A stretch of 64,000 nucleotides of DNA, taken from the NCBI RefSeq assembly GCF_006345805.1, contig NC_043015.1:21638001-21702000 (forward strand), given 5' to 3'. The DNA comes from Octopus sinensis (lineage: Eukaryota). The position numbers and the translations under genes were made by a program. Below, piece by piece: positions 39,638-53,351 of the stretch (the first letter of the stretch is position 1; each line of letters begins with the position of its first letter). The notes beneath the pieces are model-generated. The model ran no database searches. It was not told the DNA's origin and was given only the letters and a program-made list of their open reading frames with translations.

Positions 39638-40604
39638 GTGTGTGTGTGTGGTGTGTGTGGTGTGTGAGGGTTTATTATATATGTTAATTTACATACATAC
39701 ATATATATCTACATATATTATATATAATATATATATATATATATAGTTATATATATATAATATATATATGTATGGTGTATTGATACTAATTTATAATTAA
39801 AGTCTTGTTCCTAAAATATATTATACAGACACACACACACACAGACACGCATATATACGTAAATCTTGGGATTATATATGATGATGTAGATTAAAACATA
39901 GGTGTATATATGCGTATATATTTATATAGTAGTCAAACTATGCTGTGTTATATCCATCCCGATGCTGCTATTTATTTCGTAAATTTTTTTTTCTCCTATT
40001 CCTTCACTTTTATAATGCTAAGTAATAGCGTTTGGAATGTAGGATCAATTTGTAAGGAAACATGTAAGCGCCAAGTGCGTCAGTATACTACAGGAGATAA
40101 AGGGATTTTCCAACACAGGGGAATTTTAGAGAAGCACAATTCCATTCCCTGTGGAAGATTGCTGACCAACATTTCCCATCTTCTAAAGGGTGTTTACTCG
40201 ATTCCCTAAGCTTTCTTCACAGCCCTCCTGCGTTCGAGAATGTCTCCTATTTTCTGTTCAATGCTGACAACTCGACGCTGAGAAGTTTCTTTATAATACA
40301 TATGCATGCCTGAAGATTGCGCTAAAGCACCAGAGAAGTTGAAAATCACTGCCTGGCATGCTTTCATCAAATGAAATTAATAGTAGCCTATAAAAATATA
40401 TGTTGAGTTTATTACATTGTATTTACCTCTCACTAAATGCAGTACTTAGTAGATCCCAGAACAATACACTAAATATGCATGTGTGTATATTTACATGTGC
40501 ATGGATGCATGGATGCATATATTGTATTGCAAACAACTTATAAGCGCAGTGTTGTCGGTATTCTATTGAGGAATTATAAAATAATATATATTAAATAATA
40601 TTTT

Positions 40605-41480
40605 TTAATGCAGTTTAATGCGGAAAAATTCCAATCCCTGCGCTGCCAGCGTCCAAAACAGAATATACAACTTACAGGGTACACTATTCCACAGGGGATT
40701 ACAATCCCAGAGCGTAAAACAGTGAGGTACCTGGGTATCAACAGGAGTGATGATATCTCTTTCCAAGTGCATATTAGCAGGATAGCCACAAAGTGCAGAC
40801 GACTGGCTGGCTGTATCCTGAGAACGTTCAGGACCAGAAAGAAGGAAACCATGATGGTCCTCTGGAGGACATTTATCCTCAGCCGCCTGGACTACTGCTC
40901 CCAGCTATGGTCACCCAACAGTGCAAAATTAAAAGCAGACCTTGAAGCAATCCAGCGAAGCTTCACAAAAAAGATCGTATCGTTACAACAGCTCAGCTAC
41001 AGGGAAAATCTGAAACATCAAAGACTGTACTCCCTGGAGCGAAGGTGGGAGACTTATTCAGTAATATATATCTGAAAGATCCTGGAAGGAGTTGTGCCAA
41101 ATTTTGTCATTGTAAGCTACACCAATACCAGAACACGTCAACAATGCACAGTGTCACAGATTCCAGCAATGCCATCGCGCGTTAGGGCCAGTTATTACAA
41201 CAATCTGGGTTTCAGGGGCCTATAGCTTTTTAATATTCCCCTAAAGACCCTGAGGGACCTACACAAAGTGGATGTGGTCGTTTTCAAATCCAAACTGGAC
41301 CTCTTCCTGTCGAGACTCCCAGATAAACCTAACTCGCGACAAGAGGTGCATATGAGGATAGCGACATCAACCTCCCTTATTTACGAAATGCCATATAGTA
41401 GATGAGGCTCTCAATAAGAACAGTGTAGCAAAACAGTGGTGCCCCAGCATGGCCGCAACTCTAATCTGAAACTACAGAAA
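40605..41480 (+). mobile_element. CR1-group LINE, 5'-truncated (RT C-terminal part + 3' UTR)
   Basis: MQFNAEKFQSL..VRYLGI..ILRTF..SRLDYCSQLWSP..LEAIQRSFTK..LYSLERR; 3' end GGTGCCCCAGCATGGCCGCA..CTGAAACT followed by microsatellite. Confidence 0.85.
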
Positions 41481-41679
41481 ATATGTATATATATATATTT
41501 ATATATATATATACATGTATATATATACACACACAGATCTACATACATGTCTGTATATATATACATATATATATTCATATATATATGTATGTATGTATAT
41601 ATATACATATATATACATATGTATACATATATATATACATATATATATACACATATGTATATATATGTGTGTGTGTAAA

Positions 41680-42753
41680 TATTCATGTCTTTTTTATAGT
41701 AGACTTTATATTTTATTTTCTCGCAAAATCGCTATTTCTCTTCGTTTATATCTCTGCCTATCTATCTTTCATTTATTCTGATCATTCTCACTCCTTCCCT
41801 ATATCTCCATATATATGTATGTATATACTACATATATACCTCTGCGTGTGTTTGTGTATGTTTGTTTATGTATATGTGCCTTAGAATTCGAAATCTGCGA
41901 AGTACTGCTGAAATATAATCAAGCACAACAACGAAAGCAGTATGACAATCATCATCATCATTCAGTCTACTACCACAATCACTATCACCACCACCACCAC
42001 AAGTATAGTCACGAGGAATGACAACAGCAACAACAACGACAACAGACATTTGCACACAGTGTCAACCCACAACAGCCAATCTGCCGGTTATACGGGCGAA
42101 TATTCCAGTTAATCCGATTACCGAAACAGCTTGCTCGTGAGATTAGCGTGCGGGTGGCTGAGCACTCCACAGACACGCGTCCCCTTAATGTAGACATCGG
42201 GGAAAATTTGGTGGCATAGAATGTGACGGGGCTGGCCATTTGATTCACAAATAAAACTCACTTTTGCCAGGAGAGTGAAAGAAAGTGTCTCGCTCAAGGA
42301 CACAAAGCACCGGCGGAAAACGAACTTACAACCTTATAATCGGCAGCCGAATACACTAACCACTAAGGAAAGCGCTTTCACTTATGTCAACTCTAACAAG
42401 AGAAACTATAGCAACAACAACAACTACAACAAGAAGACTGAGAATAACAATTTCTTTAACCAGCAATGGAAGTAGATGAAAAAAGAAAACGACATAAAAC
42501 AGAAAAAACAAATGAATGAATAAAATGGAGTCTGATAGGAATCTTTAATTTTCAGAAGATTCGATATATTGATGTTTTGTTTGTGAGTAATGTCTGGGGG
42601 GGTTTGTATATGGGGTGAGGTGAAGAAAAAAAAGGGAAGGAGTGAGAATGATCAGAATAAATGAAAGATAGATAGGCAGAGATATAAACGAAGAGAAATA
42701 GCGATTTTGCGAGAAAATAAAATATAAAGTCTACTATAAAAAAGACATGAATA
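41680..42753. repeat. Perfect 121-bp inverted duplication (41680-41800 / 42633-42753)
   Basis: Base-by-base comparison by eye shows no mismatch between the two arms. Confidence 0.9.
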
Positions 42754-43226
42754 GGAGCGAATATTCACACTTGAGAGGGAGAAAATAAGCGGAATAAAGA
42801 GACACAATAAAGACAGAGAGACTAACTAGCGTATAATGAGTAAAGTAGAATGTGTTTGAGTGTAGATATGTAATATCCATGGGAGATAGATACACTGCAA
42901 GGAAAAAATAAGGATTAAAGTTACACGAGAAGGAGATGCGGGGTTTCATCGTATATGAGAAGAAAAGCGAGAAATAGATAGTAAGGAGGCAGTAGGATAG
43001 ATGGCAGTAGGATAGCTTAAAGACATTTTTGAGAAGGAGCGGCTAGAATATTAGAAGCATGGAGTAAAGAAACATGAGTGAAAATGAAAGGATGTTTTAA
43101 AATACATGGGAAAAGAGGAGAGAAGGATGCAAATTGGAATAAAGAATATGCAAAAGGGAGAACAGAGAGATAAAGTGTTGTAAAGTCGGTATGTGAGAAT
43201 GTGTGAGTTCGTGTGCGCGCGTAAAC

Positions 43227-43259
<33 letters not shown>

Positions 43260-43264
43260 GAGAA

Positions 43265-43303
<39 letters not shown>

Positions 43304-43474
43304 AAATACGTGAGCATAGTTAAGAGTAAAATAAATATAGGCGAAAATAATGCATATTGAAAAATAAAGGAAAACGAAACAATCCAAATAAACTGTGATC
43401 GAGCGAGATAACACTCTGCCACGAAATATATCGATGCATTTAGGAGTGCGTTATAGTGTGTGTACGTGTATATA

Positions 43475-43550
<76 letters not shown>

Positions 43551-44244
43551 TATATATATTATATATATACCATTATGACGCACACATATATACGCATCAA
43601 TATATGCACACACATATATACATGCAAACATTCATGTGTATGTGTGCATATAATATATTTATACATATGTATATAATTGCGTATGTTTGTGTGTGTGTGT
43701 GTATAAGTTAATGCATATCGACTAATGTATATATTTTAATAATAGTTGAGTATCTAAAAGTATTAGAATGTTTAATGAAAGGACGTGACAAACACAATCA
43801 TTTAGGTAGGAGAGTGTATCTATGAAAGAAATAAAAATAAAACAAAGATGCATGCGTGAATTACTGGTTAAGATTTTAACGTAAAATAATACGAGAAATT
43901 CTAAAGAGTAAACGAAGGAGAAGAGAAATAATCTCAAGCATTGGGTTTAAACCACCTACAGCTCTCCAGCAGAAAACAATACAGGTTCAAAATAAATACT
44001 ATCAAAAAATTTTCTTGGAGAGCAAAATAAACATTGGATGGTTATTCATAAAGTTTTGGGAATGGTCGTAAGTTATAAATGCCATTTAAAATAATTTTAC
44101 GCCTTAAATTTCCTATCTGTCTGTCGGTAAATTTTGATACTTGACTTTCAACGAATTTGTTATATGTAGTGTTTTCCACAGCTATAATGCCTGGCCAATG
44201 TTGTGGCTGTACCTGTTGTATCTGTTAAAATATAGAAATATTCT

Positions 44245-44624
44245 TTTCTATACTAGGCACAAGGCCCGAAATTTTGGGGGAAAGGGGCGGTCGATTAGAT
44301 CGACCCCAGTACGTAACAGGTAATGAATTTATCGACCGCGTAAGGACGAAAGGCAAATTCGAACTCGGCAGAATTTGAACGCAGAACGTAAAGACAGAAG
44401 TACCTATTTCTTTACTACCCACAAGGAGCTAAACACAGAGAGGACAAACAAGGACAGACAAACGGATTAAGTTGATTATATCGACCCCAGTGCGTAACTT
44501 GTACTTATTTAATCGACCTCGAACGGATGAAAGGTAAAGTTGACCACCGTAGAATTTGAACTCAGAACGTAGCGGCAGATGAAATACCGCAAAGCATTTC
44601 GCCCGGCATGTTAACGAGTCTCCC
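44245..44624 (-). mobile_element. Two tandem SINE family C copies with different tails
   Basis: 44245-44400 has tail type 1 (AAATTTCGGGCCTTGTGCCT). 44401-44624 has tail type 2 (TTGTCCTCTCTGTGTTTAGCTCCTTGTGGGTAGTAAAGAAAT). Confidence 0.75.
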
Positions 44625-45277
44625 AGTGGTAGAGTAGACCACATAGCGGTCGCTCTCTTATACTTATGTATAAAATGTATGAAAATCCGGGTTTTATATG
44701 CACTAAGCCGCTTGGTGTTAAATGGGTGTACTATTAAATTAGTATCCAACTTTATCACCCTCATTAGTTGATTGTAACTATGCTACATTTAATTTTGGAT
44801 GTAGCATCTGTTTCCGTGAGTGTTGGCGGGCTAAGACAGGGGCACTTAAACTATAGCAGCGAATGCAATTGGCTGGACTACACGTGCGTTTGTCGTGGTG
44901 GTGAAGTCTAGCGTGCGGTCGAGTTAATTGTATTCTGAATGGCTTCGGCCGAGGAGCTACAAATAAAGGTATATTATGTGAGTAAAATTACATAATTATT
45001 AATTTATTAATAGCGAAACAATGTCCCGAACTAATTGAATTTTTGTTATGTTTATTTGCCCCGTCTGCGCCATAGTTGTGCTATTATCATCGGAAACATT
45101 TTTTATGTGGCTGAAGCCCAATGGATCTATTTTTAGTGCTAGAGTAGACCACATAGTGGTCGCTCTCTTATATTTATGTATAAAATGTATGAAAATCCGG
45201 GTTTTATATGCACTAAGACCGCTTGGTGTTAAATGATGTACTATTAAATTAGTATACAACTTTATCACCCTCATTAG

Positions 45278-45279
<2 letters not shown>
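44625..45279 (+). mobile_element. 1.3 tandem copies of a 510-bp non-coding hammerhead-containing unit
   Basis: 44625-44769 is repeated at 45135-45279 (period 510). An HHR lies in the unique part, and (TA)n follows immediately. Confidence 0.7.
44944..45030 (+). ncRNA. Type I hammerhead ribozyme, U4C core variant, extended stem II
   Basis: TTCGG-CCGAGGA(44949-55)-GCTA...TAGC-GAAA(45015-18)-C-AAT-GTC(45023-25)-CCGAA. Perfect 5-bp stem I and 4-bp stem II base; the arm is extended by AATAAA/TTTATT and ATTATGT/ACATAAT. Confidence 0.75.
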
Positions 45280-45315
<36 letters not shown>

Positions 45316-45744
45316 TATATATTATATATATATAATATATATATATATTTGTAACCACTTTAGCATAGCTGTCCGTTCGAGCGGACTCTACTGGGATATT
45401 TTTAAACGCAAGAGTACATCTCCTCTGCAGGTTAACGATGCATAGCCGCATCCAATAAAATCGTGAACAGGGGAGCTAACTCCCATCAACTACCGACGTG
45501 ACCAGCGTACCGGTCCTGGTTTCCAGCTATTTCTGCCACTCCTCAGTACAGAAAACCTCGTCTGCTACAGATGATAGCAGCACACCTCTGCTCTTAATAT
45601 ATATATATTTCAAGCGAAAACATAGTCGATGTTCATGCAACATGCAAAAATACATACATGCATACATATATATTATGTATATATATATATATGTATATAG
45701 ATATTTAATACCTATATCTATATTGCTATATACACACACACACA

Positions 45745-45778
<34 letters not shown>

Positions 45779-46003
45779 TGTGTGTGTTTATGTGTTTGTG
45801 TTAAAATTGTAGACGAGCATCTGATAACTTTTTTCTTATGATAATTTATATTCGTTTATCAGCCTTTTATGTTTCGCTTAAATCCTACCTAAATTCATAC
45901 TTCTGAAGAATCGATACTTTCAGAACCACTTTTCCAAAATTAACTGATACCTATAGCTTGCCAGAAGGCTAAATAAAACACACAAATACACACACACACA
46001 CGC

Positions 46004-46034
<31 letters not shown>

Positions 46035-48117
46035 TGCACACACACCACACACACACACCACACACACACACACACACCACACACACCACACACACACAAG
46101 CACAGATCTCACAGATTTCTTATCTACCAGGGCTGACTGTTACATAGTTTGGTACAATTTTCAATGGAGCGTTGGTGGTTTTATTATTTACAACAATATC
46201 GTTGAAACTCTTGTTGTTAAGACAAAATTCACATAATTACAACTGTTGTATTTACGGAAACACAAGACAAATGCATAGAAGACCGCTTTTGTGCCAAATG
46301 ACATAGGGAGGACTTGTAATGAACTATGAATAAAATATTGATACACATCAGAGAAATAAGATATGGACACACCCGTGTTTGAATATGATTTGTCTAAAAG
46401 TAAATGTTTCGTTCATTCGGAGAAATGTGCGCCCATTTTGTCAGACACACGTGCAACATTTCACTCGTAAAATATAGTTGAAAATATATACATACAAGCG
46501 TATATATATTTACACATTCATACATATATGTGCGTGTGTGTTTGTGTGTTTCTGCTTGTGTGTATATATATATACACGCATACATACATTCATACGCTTA
46601 CATATATATATATATATACATAACTTTGAAGACTAGACTTTATACTCGAGATTATATGTTACGCGTATCACCAGTGAAATTTGAAACTCAGAAAACTTTT
46701 TAAAAATGAATATGACGAAAATAAAATGAATTTTGGGGTGAACGACAGAATTTATTGGTTTTTCCACATTCGGGTTGGAGAGTAGAAAGAATTAGAGACT
46801 TAAAGAAAGAGACGTGGAGAAACACAAATTTAAGGATAAGAAAAAATGGGAAAATAATCACTGCCATTTTAAAAATACATCGAATTAGAATAGAAAGAAA
46901 TATTTATTTTCGAAAAGAATACTCTCATTCGAGGGGACTCTTCGTAAAAAGTATGAGATAGCTGCATTTCAGAGCTACTCATTCGCATGGTACATCGTAT
47001 TCAGTCTGATCTTGGGAGCTTAAAATGCAAATCATTATAGAGTTTCGAGAGACATAAATATGTATAGTGTTTTGATGTATAGTGTTTTGAGCGTTTGCAC
47101 CTACATACGTACACTACACTCACAGTGGCGCACACACAGGTGTATATACAGATATAAATTAATGTAATTTTAGCGCCAAACACTCTTTAGGCATAAGCCA
47201 AGTCCAGGTTACTGAAAATATGTTCGTGACATTTTAACAGCTAAAAGGCAAATTCACTGTATTTACTGTGGAGAAAAATTCCTCGTACGGTAAAAAGGTA
47301 TAATAATGTCATATCTGTCCCGTGTAACCATCTATCAGGATTTCCCGTCATCGATGTTTGCAGCTCTTTAGCTGTTATCAATGTGAAATACCGAAGAGAG
47401 GTAAATCTGGACAAACCATATTAACGCTACAGCTGTAATCTAAATACAGGCAAAAACACTGACTGATCTGCGCCAGTAGCCCACAAGGTCGTGGAAATTA
47501 CCGTAATATTAGCGCAAAGCAGTGTTTAGGTATAAGAAAATTTTATGTTATAATGTGTTTATGACGTATTTCAAGTCCTAAAAGGCAAATTCACTGCGAT
47601 TAGAGTGTATAATGTTTTCTCCTAAGGTAAAATGTTATAAAAACACCTGAAATTTTAAATAGAGGTTAAGCATTTCCTCAGTTTAAAGATACGTGCGGAA
47701 ATACTGAGTATAAATTAAAATATATCGCTGAGTTGAAGTTGAGAATGATTTCCATTTTGCTAATTGAATCGTCCTTCAACTACCCTCTATGAATACTTTG
47801 AAATGCCAATGTTCACGTACAATCACTATATACACACATAGATAAATGTAAGTATATATTTATGCATGTATCTGTCTGTCTATCTATCTATCTATCTACA
47901 TGCATACATAAATACATATATACATTCATGTATATATATATATATGTATATATAAAAGACGAGCTTCTTTCAGTTTCCGTCTACCAAATCCACTCGCAAG
48001 GCTTTGGTCAGCCTGAGGCTACAGTAGTAGAAATTTGCCGAAAGTGCCTCGCAGGGGGACTGGACCTGGAACCATGTGGCTGGTAAGTACGCTACTAACC
48101 ACAGAGACACTCCTGGC

Positions 48118-48180
<63 letters not shown>

Positions 48181-48225
48181 TTATGGTAATATATATATCT
48201 ATATATATATATATATATTATGGGA

Positions 48226-48266
<41 letters not shown>

Positions 48267-48268
48267 AT

Positions 48269-48343
<75 letters not shown>

Positions 48344-48374
48344 AATAATATATATAAAATATCATATATATAAA

Positions 48375-48603
48375 GGCGGCGAGCTGGCAGAAGAAACGTT
48401 AGCACGCGGGCGAAATGCGTAGCCGTATTTCGTCTGTCGTTACGTTCCGAGTCAAATTCCGCCGAGGTCGACTTTGCCTTTCATCCTTTCGGTGTCGATA
48501 AATTAAGTACCAGTTGCGTACTGGGGTCGATGTAATCGACTTATCCCTTTGTCTGTCCCGTTTGTCCCCTCTGTGTTTAGCCCGTTGTGGGTAGTTAAGA
48601 AAT
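48375..48603 (+). mobile_element. Near-complete SINE family C copy (tail type 2)
   Basis: GGCGGCGAGCTGGCAGAA..GTTAGCACG..GAGTCAAATTCCGCCGAGGTCGACTTTGCCTTTCATCCTTTCGG..GATAAATTAAGTACCAG..TTAGCCCGTTGTGGGTAGTTAAGAAAT. Confidence 0.8.
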
Positions 48604-49404
48604 CTATATAATTATATATATATTATAGTATATATATGATGTGTATTTTTATGTGTCTTTGTGTTTGTCCGCTTCACCGCTTGACAACCGCTGTTGGTCT
48701 GTCGACATCCCGTAACTTAGGAGTGTTTCAGCAAAAGAGACCGGTAGAATAAATAGACATAAAAAAATTACTGGGGTCGATTCATTCGTCTACTATCCTT
48801 CAAGACGGTGCCCTTGCATGGTCGCAGTCTAATGACTGAAACATAATAGGTAAAATGCATGCATACACACACACATACAATGACACATACGGAAACACAC
48901 AGGTACACACGCACACACGCACGCACACACGCACGCACACACACACACATACATACACGCGCGCGCACAAACACACTCACACACATACATATTATACGCC
49001 AGGAATGGAGAAATGGCAATTAGACAAAGTGAGATAGGGGTTGTTTTTGTATGGAAATGTGGGTGATTGCTGAAGAAGTAATGCAGAAACGCAAAATGAG
49101 GGAAATACAGTTTACTCGGGAGATATTGATTTTAATGAAAGCTGCAAAATTTCACTCTTCAAACGAAAATAAAAGAAAAGTAAAACAAAAATTCAATATT
49201 TGTAACCAAACAATCTAGCCAAAGAAGGATTTTAGGGAACAAAAGGAAAAACCTCCAAAGAGCATACAAATATTTAATTTTGTTGCCAGTTTTACAGATT
49301 GAGACGAAATGAAAACGGAAGGGTGGAATAGATTAACAAGTATGAAAAAGGCAAATTTATTGTTGTTGTTGTTGTTATTGTTATTGTTATTATTATTATT
49401 ATTA

Positions 49405-49450
<46 letters not shown>

Positions 49451-49548
49451 TTTATTATTGTTATTGTCATTGTTATTATTATTATTGTTGTTGTTGTTGT
49501 TGTTATTATCGTTACTTTAATAACAATAATAACAACAACAATAATAAA

Positions 49549-49606
<58 letters not shown>

Positions 49607-50124
49607 GATTATGATGATGATGATGATGATGAACAACCACACACTGCACATACACTATCATATAACAAACGGATAATGAAGGAGGCAAATATTGTAAGTA
49701 AAGAAGGAAAAGTAAATATAAGGGGGCAGATATCCCCACACATACACATCCCACAAAATACATAACAAACATATACGCAACAGTTGATAAAAATGACGCA
49801 TGTAACAAAAAGGGAAAAAAATTAAAAGACGCAAATAAGAAGCAAACAATCAAGAAGAAAAATAACAAAAAACAAAATATAATTGAGAAGAAGATCAGCT
49901 CCAAGAATGCATGGATGTGAATGTATGAGATGAGCGTGTATATAGAAATGCAATGATGATACAAGTTAATATCAGCTGAAGGAAATCTGATTAATCTAAA
50001 ACTGCATACGTTCACAGCCGCATAGACGTGTATGCGGATAACAAATATTACAGACACTCACACACACACACACACACATGCACGCACACACACACACATA
50101 CATACCCACACGCACTCGTGTTCA

Positions 50125-50155
<31 letters not shown>

Positions 50156-51809
50156 TCGGTTCCCAACACTTATCCGGCACAATTAAAGATCATCTACGGC
50201 TTAATAAAATAGCATTGGTGCAATCATTCGAGCTGCTTATAATCTATCTGTCTCCCTATTTCCTGTCTCTTTCTCTCTCACTCTCTCACTGTCTCTCTTT
50301 CACACACACTCACAGGCCGCTCCATCCCCACTCAAACACACACATATACACCTCCACGAACTTCTTTGACATGTCACCACACTGTTTTAGCTCATTACTG
50401 ATGATGATGATGATGATGACGGTAGTGTGATGGTACTAGCTGTGGTGATAGTGATCTTATCGGTGGTAGATGTGTCAAGAGAATAGAGTTGATATAGGAG
50501 TACTCCTGAGACAGCCACAGAAAATGACGAAGCAACCTCCTTCTAGGATATGCTGCAGAGAGAAAGATTTAGGCTAATGGACCTGACAGTATCATCGAGG
50601 ACCACTATGGGAAAGGAATCTCTTTCATTCGAAATATCATTCCCAACAGAGTGTGTCCGAATCACAGTGTATCCGTAAAAGAAATGGGGATATTGAGGAA
50701 ATAATTATCTATGGGGACATAATAATAAAACGAAAGTGCGCCTAAAAACAGGAACAGACCCTAAATATTATTTGTTACTTTAGGACTTATCAAAGTACTC
50801 ACAAATTATGACGGAAACTCTGGGAGTTCCGAATATATATAACATTCATCAAGCTTATGCTAATCCAAGCAGGCTCTTTTCGATGACCTTAAATGCACTT
50901 GGAGGAACTTGCAGTTTCTAATCAGATCGATTGTAACGAAATAAATCTAATGATGAACACAATAATCGTAGGCTAAATTATTAGATAAGAGGGAATATAA
51001 GGATATGTTTTATTGACAACACGCTAATTTTGTAATTTAAGTTTAATACAAGATGTACCTTCTCTGAGAATCTGAGACTTTCTCTTCATTAGAATACCGT
51101 TAGGAAAAAAAAAGGAAAAGAAAGCAAAAACAAAGCGAAAAGATTTCAAGGCCGATTGATGGGAAAAATAAAAGCAAAAAAAAATAAACATGCATGTGTT
51201 GGACCCCTGCAAAATCCCTGTTGACTTTATTGCAGTTGAATAGGCATGATCTCTGTTCTCAGAAAGCTGCTTTACTATCAGAAGGATGAAAAATGTTTTT
51301 AAGGAATCAAGGGCGACGTTAGCTAATATGGTCAAGGTGTCCTTCCGAATCATAGACAGGGGAATATGATTTTTGAAAAGTGAGTTTGCTATTTCTAGTA
51401 CGTCAAGCAAACACGATGTTTTTCACCAAAGTGCAAACGTCCGTCAAATATAACAACTAACAGATAACTGCAGGGTGTCTTTTAGTAATATAAAATTCAG
51501 ACTGTGACCCATATAATCGAAGCTGGAAGGTAAAGAATAAAATGCATTAAAGTAAAAATTTCTTTTACTTAGGTAGCGTGAAAGGGGAAGAAAGAAAGAA
51601 GGAAAGGGGAGAAAGAAATGCTTGTAGAACCAACAGCATAAATGTAAGGTAAAATAATAAACAGTGACATTCAGAGAATTTATTCAAAACGAATCGTAGG
51701 TGTAGAGAGGTCGAAAATGAAAAATAGCTAGTAGAATTATAAGCAAATATTACGATTTCTTTCCTTCACTCCCTCTCACTCTCTCTTATTCTCTCTCTCA
51801 CTCTCTCTG

Positions 51810-51880
<71 letters not shown>

Positions 51881-52146
51881 ATATATATATATATATATAT
51901 ATATCTATACATATAGGTACATACATATATACACATATACCACACACACACACATTATATATGTATATTATATGATAATATCTATTTTTATGATCAGTTG
52001 TAATAAAAACCTAACATTAATCTGATGGATTACTGAATATTTTGTAGAGTACAAATTTATTACCCTGAACAAAACTATCATTGAGAGTGACTTCGAATCT
52101 TTGTCCAGTTAACCTACCTTGAAATATATTTATATTATATACATAC

Positions 52147-52177
<31 letters not shown>

Positions 52178-53052
52178 CATACATATATTTTTTTCTGTAC
52201 ATATTTATATGTGTGTGTGTGTGCGCTTACAGATGGAAATTGTGGGCAATAATAATAAAGCAACTTTGGGAACCCTACCATCTCAGACTTGTATAACAGA
52301 ACGTTAGATTTGGAGAATTTTGTATTGCTGTGACATTTGTCAATCAGTGTAATGCAACAGGAAAAACAATATTGCTGGTTTTAACAATTGGTGTCTTACT
52401 GTCTTGCTGAATGCTTCCATTTCCCAGATCCAGTAACTGAGCTGCAAATATAGCATCCAAATCTATGAATAAACGGACTCCTTCGAAATTCCGTTCCGGT
52501 CTGAAATCTGATTTGGGCAGAAAGTCCGACTTTGGCCGAAAGTACGAGTTCTGCAATATTTCTTTCTGAACGCTTCACTTCACAATCTTCAGTTAAATTC
52601 CAAACCTCACGAACACAAAACATTTCACTCTAACGTGGACCTAGCTTTAAATAAACTGAATTAAAAATATTTTTAAATTCACAAAGTTTTGGCATTACTT
52701 AAAATGCAGGTTAAATGAAAAATATGAATTTCTATCTTTCAGCATATAAGAAATCCTCATCAGAAATTGATTCCAATGCTGGATGTTCAAGAATGAAATC
52801 AGGGGCATATTATTAATCCCGTGATCATGCAGATTACAATATAACATAGGCTATAATATGCCTTTGTAGAACAAGTATGAACCGAGATACAAGGGTCCTG
52901 GAGGGACGGACAGATAGAGTTTTGCGTTTATTATAATATATTATAATAATATATTATAAAATATTATATAATAATATATATAATATAATATAGTATAACA
53001 TAATATAATATATATAATATAATATAATATAATATAATATAATATAATATAA

Positions 53053-53091
<39 letters not shown>

Positions 53092-53264
53092 TAATATATA
53101 TATAATATATATATATTATATATATATATAATATATATATTCAATCCCTACTTTTTTCTTTCCTCTATTGAAGAGCGTAGTTTTGAAACGTAAAAGACTT
53201 TTGCGTTCTTCGCAAGCGTAAAACAAATACACCTGCTTTTCCTTTCCACACGTCATCTATAGTT

Positions 53265-53351
<87 letters not shown>

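Noticed and set aside
45508-45553. Minus-strand CTGAGGA..GAAACC-AGGACC-GGTA hammerhead-like motif
   Set aside because: Four unpaired bases after A9 and no stem I complementarity.
51024-51410. 128-aa minus ORF, plus the ORFs at 55952-56155 and 61865-62140
   Set aside because: No recognisable domain or convincing splice signals; the last may be a decayed RTE 3' end extended by a microsatellite.
53160-53200. TTGAAGA-GCGTAGTTTT-GAAAC-GTA, and a similar relic at 54535-54575(-)
   Set aside because: Probably decayed PLE-end HHR relics, but the core and stems are broken, so they are not callable.
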